Shown: one piece after another, positions 57,771-64,000 of the stretch | Layout: each line of letters starts with the position of its first letter | How positions within the stretch are numbered: position 1 is the stretch's first letter | Assembly: GCF_036365525.1 (NCBI RefSeq) | Contig: NC_090421.1 | Coordinates: 7,320,725-7,384,724, forward strand | Reading direction: 5' to 3' | Origin: Heterodontus francisci | Lineage: Eukaryota | Length of the DNA: 64,000 nt | Position numbers and translations under genes: made by a program | The notes under the pieces: model-generated | What the model saw: only the letters and a program-made list of their open reading frames with translations | Database searches by the model: none | What the model was told of the DNA's origin: nothing

Positions 57771-58827
57771 GGCTGCTACTGGTATTTCTCCAGTGAGAAA
57801 AGTCGGAAGAATAATTTTAGAAGTACCAATAGAAGTATTGGAAGCAAATATTGACACGTGAGGTAGAAAAAAAAGAAAAGCTGTTGATTTCCATCCAGAT
57901 ACTTTTTAAAGTAATATGTGCCACAGAATTCCAAAATCTTTGGCAGGGAAATCTTAGCTGTTGTAGAGCATTTTTTTTTTGCGAGCAGCTTGGGCAAGGG
58001 TACAAGGCCTGTTGTAAGCCTCTCTGAGGAGGGGATACATAAATGACTGTTTGGAATGGGACGACCTCAGCTCCACTCAGGAAACGAGCTGCTGCAGCTT
58101 CTATGTGACTATTTAACGAGGGGTCCCGTGGATAAAATAAATAACACTGCAAAAAAAATTCTTTTCACCGCAGAAAATAAATCAGTTGCAGCAGACGTTT
58201 CCCTCTGGGAAGCATTCATTTTATGAGAGGAGCAGGGCTGCTTCGGGCCATTCAAGGCAGCAGTGGTTGTAAACTCCTGGAACTTTGGCAAGACTGGTTG
58301 GTTAAAGCCTGTGTCATGCAACATTGCACGGGAGGTAATCCTTCCGGCTCCTAACTCTGGTCACTTGGAAGGATTCCAATTGCCAGTGTTACCTGCAATC
58401 CTCAATCACTATTATAAATCTTCCATCTCATGTAAAGCACTTGTGTGTCATCAGTGTGATATCTTGGAATGTGTGGGTTTGAATCCAATTTCGATACATT
58501 TCTTACTCGTGTTTCAAGGTTTACTGAAGAGGTTTGGAGTTGGACTTGCAATGCCAATGGTAAGTCAACTAAAATTTAGATTTGACCCCAAATTAACACC
58601 CAAGCAGCATTAGGACTTGTATACTGACGCTGGGATACCAAGAGGTTAACACTGAACTGGAGCCTCACAGTCTGCAGTTTGGCTTTCCTCTTTTACTGGC
58701 GCACCATGTCGCCAGTTCCCTTTGGGGATGCAAGAGGAATTACAGTTTAATATCTCCACTAAACTCACAGCGTGACAAGTTTACACAAGCAGTTTCCATT
58801 CTACACGTGGACACAGGAATTGCGAAT

Positions 58828-59340
58828 GGGCATTCTGATCGAGGTGTTTAAAGGATTCAATAGGGTAGCTACGGAGAAACTCTTTCCTCCGATGAGGGAA
58901 ACTAGAACAAAGGGACATAACCTTAAAATTAGAGCTTGTGTGATGTCAGGAAGCACTTTTTCACACAAGCATATGAAGGAGAAGGGACTAGAGGGTTATG
59001 CTGATAGTGTTAGATGAGGAAGGATGGAAGGAGGCTCGAGTGGAGCATAAACACTGGCATGGACTGGTTGGGCCGAATGGCCTGTTTCTGTGCTGTATAT
59101 TTGATGTATTATGCAACAAAGGGTAGTGGAAATCTGGAACCCTCTCCCCCAAAGGGCTGTGGATGCTTGGGGACAAGTGGAGCTTTTAAGACTGAGTTTG
59201 GTAAATTTTTACTGAGTAAGTGTATCAGGGATATGGAGTAAAGGCAGGCAACTGGAGCTGAGAAATAGATCAGCCATGATCTGATCGAATGGCACAGCAG
59301 GTCCGAGGGCCTGAATGGCCTCCTTCCTAATGTTCCTAAA
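58828..59340 (+). mobile_element. Two nested CR1 3' stubs
   Basis: LIEVFKG..EKLFP; inner tail at ~58966-59110; outer tail AATGGCCTCC. Confidence 0.85.
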
Positions 59341-60084
59341 TACTATCTATATAATATAAAAATAAGCACCAAATATATGTCTTTAAAATGAGGACTGAAT
59401 CACATCTGCACAGCCTGGGCATTACTCCCTGCCCTCTCACCCTCCATTATCCTGTGTGCAGCACTGCGGGTGATCGATTAACGTATATATATTAAAACAG
59501 ATTTGACAATTGACTTGAAGCTGTATATTATAAAAAATATGACTCAGTCTTAATTATTGCGCTCAATTACTTGGATGACTTTCTAACCAGAGTTTAGCAA
59601 AACAATACAAATTGGAAGTTTTCTTTTACAGCACATGCTTTTCATTTAATTTTTACAATTGTTTTAAACCCTTGTTGCACAATCCCATATGTGACCTTTA
59701 AAGCCTTAATTAGGCCACAGCCACAAATTTACAAGTTGATATAATATTCCCTGTTGCTTACTCTAGTTATTTACCCCCAGTGTTAAGTTTTGGTTAAAGT
59801 GTTCCCTTCTCTCCTGGTGCTGGGGTATAGTTTACTGCCCAGTCTGCCAAGCAAGTGTTTCACAGAGGAAAATTGAGTCCTCCAACTGACTAAGAACTGG
59901 TTTGAGAGCCGCACTAACTAGATGGTGCCATTAGCCAGCTGTGAGCTGCTGACCTTGATTTTTCTTTCTACGTGAATACTTACGTCGAAAACTAGAGATC
60001 ACTGATAAAAGTGAGGGCACGTTAATCCTTACAGTGATCTACAGCATCCAGGTCAGAGCTGGCACATCGTAAGAAAGAGGGGAA

Positions 60085-61075
60085 CAGAGAGGGTAGATTG
60101 GGAGAAACTATTTCCACTGGTTGGGGAGTCTAGAACTAGGGGGCACAGTCTAAAAATTAGAGCCAGACCTTTCAGGAGTGAAATTTGGTAACACCTCTAC
60201 ACACAAAAGGTGGCAAAAGTTTGGAACTCTCTTCTGCAAACAGCAATTGATGCTGGGTCAATTGTTAATTTTAAAACAGTGATCGATAGATTTTTGTTAA
60301 CCAAAGGTATTAAGGGATATGGGGCAAAGATGGATACATGGAGTTTGATCGCAGATCAGCCATGATCTCACTGAATGATGGAACAGGCTTGAAGGGCTGA
60401 ATGGCCTACTCCTGTTCCTATGTTCCTAAAAACAAACCTTACATTTATATAGTATTTTTCATGACCTAAGTGCTTTACAGACAATTAAATATTTTTGAAG
60501 CGCAGTCACTTTTGTAATCTAGGTACGGTAAACAACAACAACCTGCATTTATATAGCAACTTTAACAGAAAAAAACGCCCCAAGGCGCTTCACAGGAGTG
60601 TTAGCGAACAAATTTTGACACCAATACTTTGTACAGTATTATTCAAAGCACCTTTATAGCAATCAGTTTTAACAAGAAGTCTCCAGGACAGCTCAGAGAA
60701 TCTGCAAGTTCAAGTTTACCATTGCAACCGGGTGATTGTGGAGTGGGGAGGGGCTGTTTATTTTTCTGTACTGAACTGAATAAAATGTTTCAGGATTTTT
60801 TTTTAAAGATAATTGTGAAAAGAACTGGAGGGAAGATGAGATTTGTTTTTTTACACAGCAAGTTGTGATCTGGAACGCACTGCCTGTTGGGTGGTGGAAG
60901 CAGATTAGATAGTAACTTTCAAAAGGGAATTGAATATATATTTAAGAAGGAAGAAATTTGCAGGGCTATGGGGAAAGAGCAGGGGAATGCGACTAATTGG
61001 ATAGGTCTTCCAAAGAGAAAGGACATACATGATGGACCAAATGACCTCCGTCTGTGCTTTATGATTCTATGTTGA
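60085..61075. mobile_element. Cluster: CR1 stub (+, 60085-60428), Deu and L2 tails (-, 60430-60625), CR1 stub (+, 60795-61075)
   Basis: GAGAAACTATTTCCACTGG..AATGGCCTACTCCTGTTCC; CATTTATATAG tails; TGGAACGCACTGCCTG. Confidence 0.8.
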
Positions 61076-61944
61076 AGTGCTCACTCCTGGGATTGGTCAT
61101 AAAGAAGCCATTTGGATGATCAGAATACAGACTATTCCATCACTTCTGTTTCAGCAGTAAACAAGCAAACGGCTTTTTGTGAATTTTTTTCTCAAAAAAG
61201 AATTGGAAGAAAAAGTTCCAACTGGAGTTTGATGCAGGAAGTGATGCAAAAAAAAAACTCCTTCCCGAGAGGAAAAATGGCCTTCCACATTTCAAACAGA
61301 AGTAATTGGATGTATTTTCTAACATTGGCAGCTCAGCTCGACACTAATAATTTCACAATCAAATGAAAACCTAATTTTGATTCCAGCTGGATATGTTGGC
61401 ATTGTCCAAATGTTCTGGGATTCTGTGAATGAACAGAACACAAATGGTGCGGTGCAATTTGCTTTTCATTGGGCAGAAGTAAGATGGTGTCCACTCAGAG
61501 GGTCAATTTTGCTCCATTCACTACCTTGAACCCATCGGAAGCACCCTCTGATCCAGATCAGTGGCATTGAAACAAAACTTGATGCCATCATAAATTCTTG
61601 ACAAATTTAAAGCTTATCTGAGTACTTTTTGTACAACGGACAATTCAATGAGTTAAGAGGAATTACTTGAGAGTGGGGATGGAAATGGGACTACAGTTTG
61701 AATTTCTTCCTAATACTCTTCATTCACAATCAGTGCAAAGGTTAACCTCCTATAAGCCAAAATGTAAGTTTACTGCATGATTTATGTGGGATCGTGTGCC
61801 ACAGGGCAACCCTTATTGTGTTGGAAGATGCATCAGGAATAGGACAGGTTGCCAATCTCCACTTCCGATCTCTCCAGTAGACAGAATTTGGAACTAGGTG
61901 CATCTTGCTCTGCCACAGGGGGCTCGCCAAGATTCAGTAAGTTT

Positions 61945-62998
61945 AAAAAGAAAAGACTTGCATTTATATAGCGCCTTTCACAATGTCGGGATGTCCCAAA
62001 GCGCTTTACAACCAATGAAGTACATTTTGAAGTGCAGTCACTGTTGTAATGGAGGAAACATGGCAGCCAACTATTTTTTATTTTCTCTTGGGATATAAGT
62101 GTTGCTGGCCAGGCCAGCATTTATTGCCCATCCCTAATTGCCCTTGAGAAGGTGGTGGTGAGCCTCCTTCTTGAACCGCTGCAGTCCATGTGGGGTAGGT
62201 ACACCTGTTAGGAAGGGAGTTCCAGGATTTTGAACCAGTGACAGTGAAGGAACGGCGATATAGTTCCAAGTCAGGATGGTGTGTGACTTGGAGGGGAACT
62301 TGCAGGTGGTGATGTTCCCATGCATCTGTTACCCTTGTCCTTCTAGGCAGTAGAGGTCACGGGTTTGGAAGGTGCTGTCGAAGGAGCCTTGGTGAGTTGC
62401 TGCAGTGAATCTTGTCGATGGTGCACACTGCTGCCACTGTGCACTGATGATGAAGGGAACGAATGCTTAAGGTGGTGGATGGGCTGCTGATCAAGAGGGA
62501 CGCTTTGTTCTGGATGGTGTCGAGCTGCACCCATCCAGGCAAGTGGAGAGTATTCCATCACATTCCTGACTTGTGCCTTGTAGATGGTGGACAGGCCTTG
62601 AGGAGTCAGGAGGTGAGTTACTCGCCACAGAATGCCTAGCTTATGACCTGTTACTGTAGCCACAGAATTTACATGGCTGGTCGTTACGTTTCTGGTCAAT
62701 CGTATGTGCGGGAATCAGCAATGGTAATGCCGTTGAACGTCGAGGGGAGATGGTTAGATTCTCTCTTGTTGGATCTGCATTTGTGATGTTGACTGAGGGA
62801 TGAATATTGGCCAGGATACCGGGGAGAACTCCCCTGCTCTTCTCCCAACAGTAAAATGGGATCTTTTACATTCACCTGAGAGGGCAGTTGGGGCCTCAGT
62901 TTAGTGTCTCATCTGAAGGACGGTGCCTCCGACAGTGCAGCACTCCCTCAGTACTGCACTGGGAGTGTCAGCCTCGATTATGTGCTCAAGTCTCTGAA
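61945..62998 (-). mobile_element. Deu-domain SINE split by a LINE insertion
   Basis: 3' half at 61945-62075 and 5' half at 62775-62998 are collinear with intact copies. Confidence 0.9.
62076..62772 (-). mobile_element. Non-HER1 CR1-group LINE 3' portion; likely partner of the Meta-like SINE
   Basis: KLGILWRVTHLLTPQGLSTIYKAQVRNVMEYSPLAWMGA; SWNSLP; FKKEAHHHLLKGN*; tail GGGCAATTAGGGATGGGCAATAAATGCTGGCC shared with 57538-57575. Confidence 0.88.
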
Positions 62999-64000
62999 GT
63001 TTATCCAATGATTAGCTGTCTATTTGATTAGTAAGCTGCCAGTTATCTGAGCTCTGGCAGGGTGGGAGGAAGGGGTGTTACAATTGGTCTCAGGAGAAAC
63101 AATGGCCTCCTTCTGTGCCGTAAATGACTCTATGACTCTACACATATGAGTACTAGCCATTTGGGAGAGGAACTGAGGATAAACAGTGCCTGTAGGATTG
63201 TTGCTCAGCATAAAATCAATGCCTTTTAGTAGCAGAGACAGGAATATTGAAAAGAAAAGGGAAGAAAAATAATTGAATGCAGGAAGTATAAGCCCTGAGT
63301 AAGTCAAGCTTTGCTTTGGCACAGTACAAATGACCCACTTCGAATTGGCTCTGATTTCTGGCCCAATCAATTCATCCCTGATTTACAGCATTTTTTTGTT
63401 TCTCACACAGTGTTCCCTTGTGTATATGCAAATGAGAAGGATTTGAGGTCACCAGAAAGCAAAGTTAATGATCCATCACAGAAGGCAAAAGTGTTGAGAG
63501 CTTTTTGTATGGGCCGGTCTTGGTACGTTTAAGAGTTGCTGAAATGTCCAAGTCCAGATTCTGTCTGATGGTGTCGGTGGACACTGGGGATTGAACTAGT
63601 TCGCCCCTAACCATCCTCTTCTGATTGTTTTCTGAAAGCGCTCCAACGCACTGATGTATTCCCCAATTCCCAAGGTTTTGTAAAGGGCCTTAAATGAAAA
63701 CATGCTTTGGATTTTTTGAACGTTATGTAAGCCTATTTAATGTGGTGCATCCTTCAATTCGCCCATTTTGGATCCAGATTCTGCTGTTGCCACAAGCAGC
63801 AAATAACAATCGCTGAAATCAGATCCTGATTTCTCCTTGAGGACAGGCTGTGCTTGGAACAAGAGGCTTGGTGGTGTTGAGGGAATGTAGCACTTTGCTT
63901 ACTGAATTGGATAATATGTAATCAGCGGCAATGCCAAATTATATACAATATAATCTTAATGTCTCGTTGTCCATTTCGGAAAGCATGCACTTTTAAATGT

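Noticed and set aside
57859-57870. let-7-like TGAGGTAG
   Set aside because: Followed by an A run, with no mature miRNA match or hairpin

Overview
Eukaryotic, transposon-dense non-coding DNA, most likely from a cartilaginous fish (shark); this is inferred from HE1-type V-SINEs, HER1/CR1 LINEs and SacSINE1-type Deu-SINEs. I recognise no intact host gene, tRNA/rRNA gene or CRISPR array. Nearly all ORF-track entries are decayed transposon frames, low-complexity artefacts or runs across two N-gaps. The repeats include CR1 LINEs (three long RT-bearing copies and many 3' stubs), L2 fragments, an RTE 3' end, four SINE types, three LTR-like elements (two bounded TG...CA), Penelope-like elements and DNA-transposon MITEs, often nested. 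The best-supported unusual observations are the Penelope insertions: one has a perfect 116-bp inverted repeat, two have 14-15-bp target-site duplications, and together they carry a graded set of minimal hammerhead-ribozyme motifs. Weaker leads are a repeat-free island at ~330-2000 with possible convergent terminal exons, a possible bidirectional promoter at ~32.8-33.7 kb, a few exon-like segments and several strong hairpins. Family names are from memory of consensus sequences, not database searches, and boundaries of old repeats are approximate.
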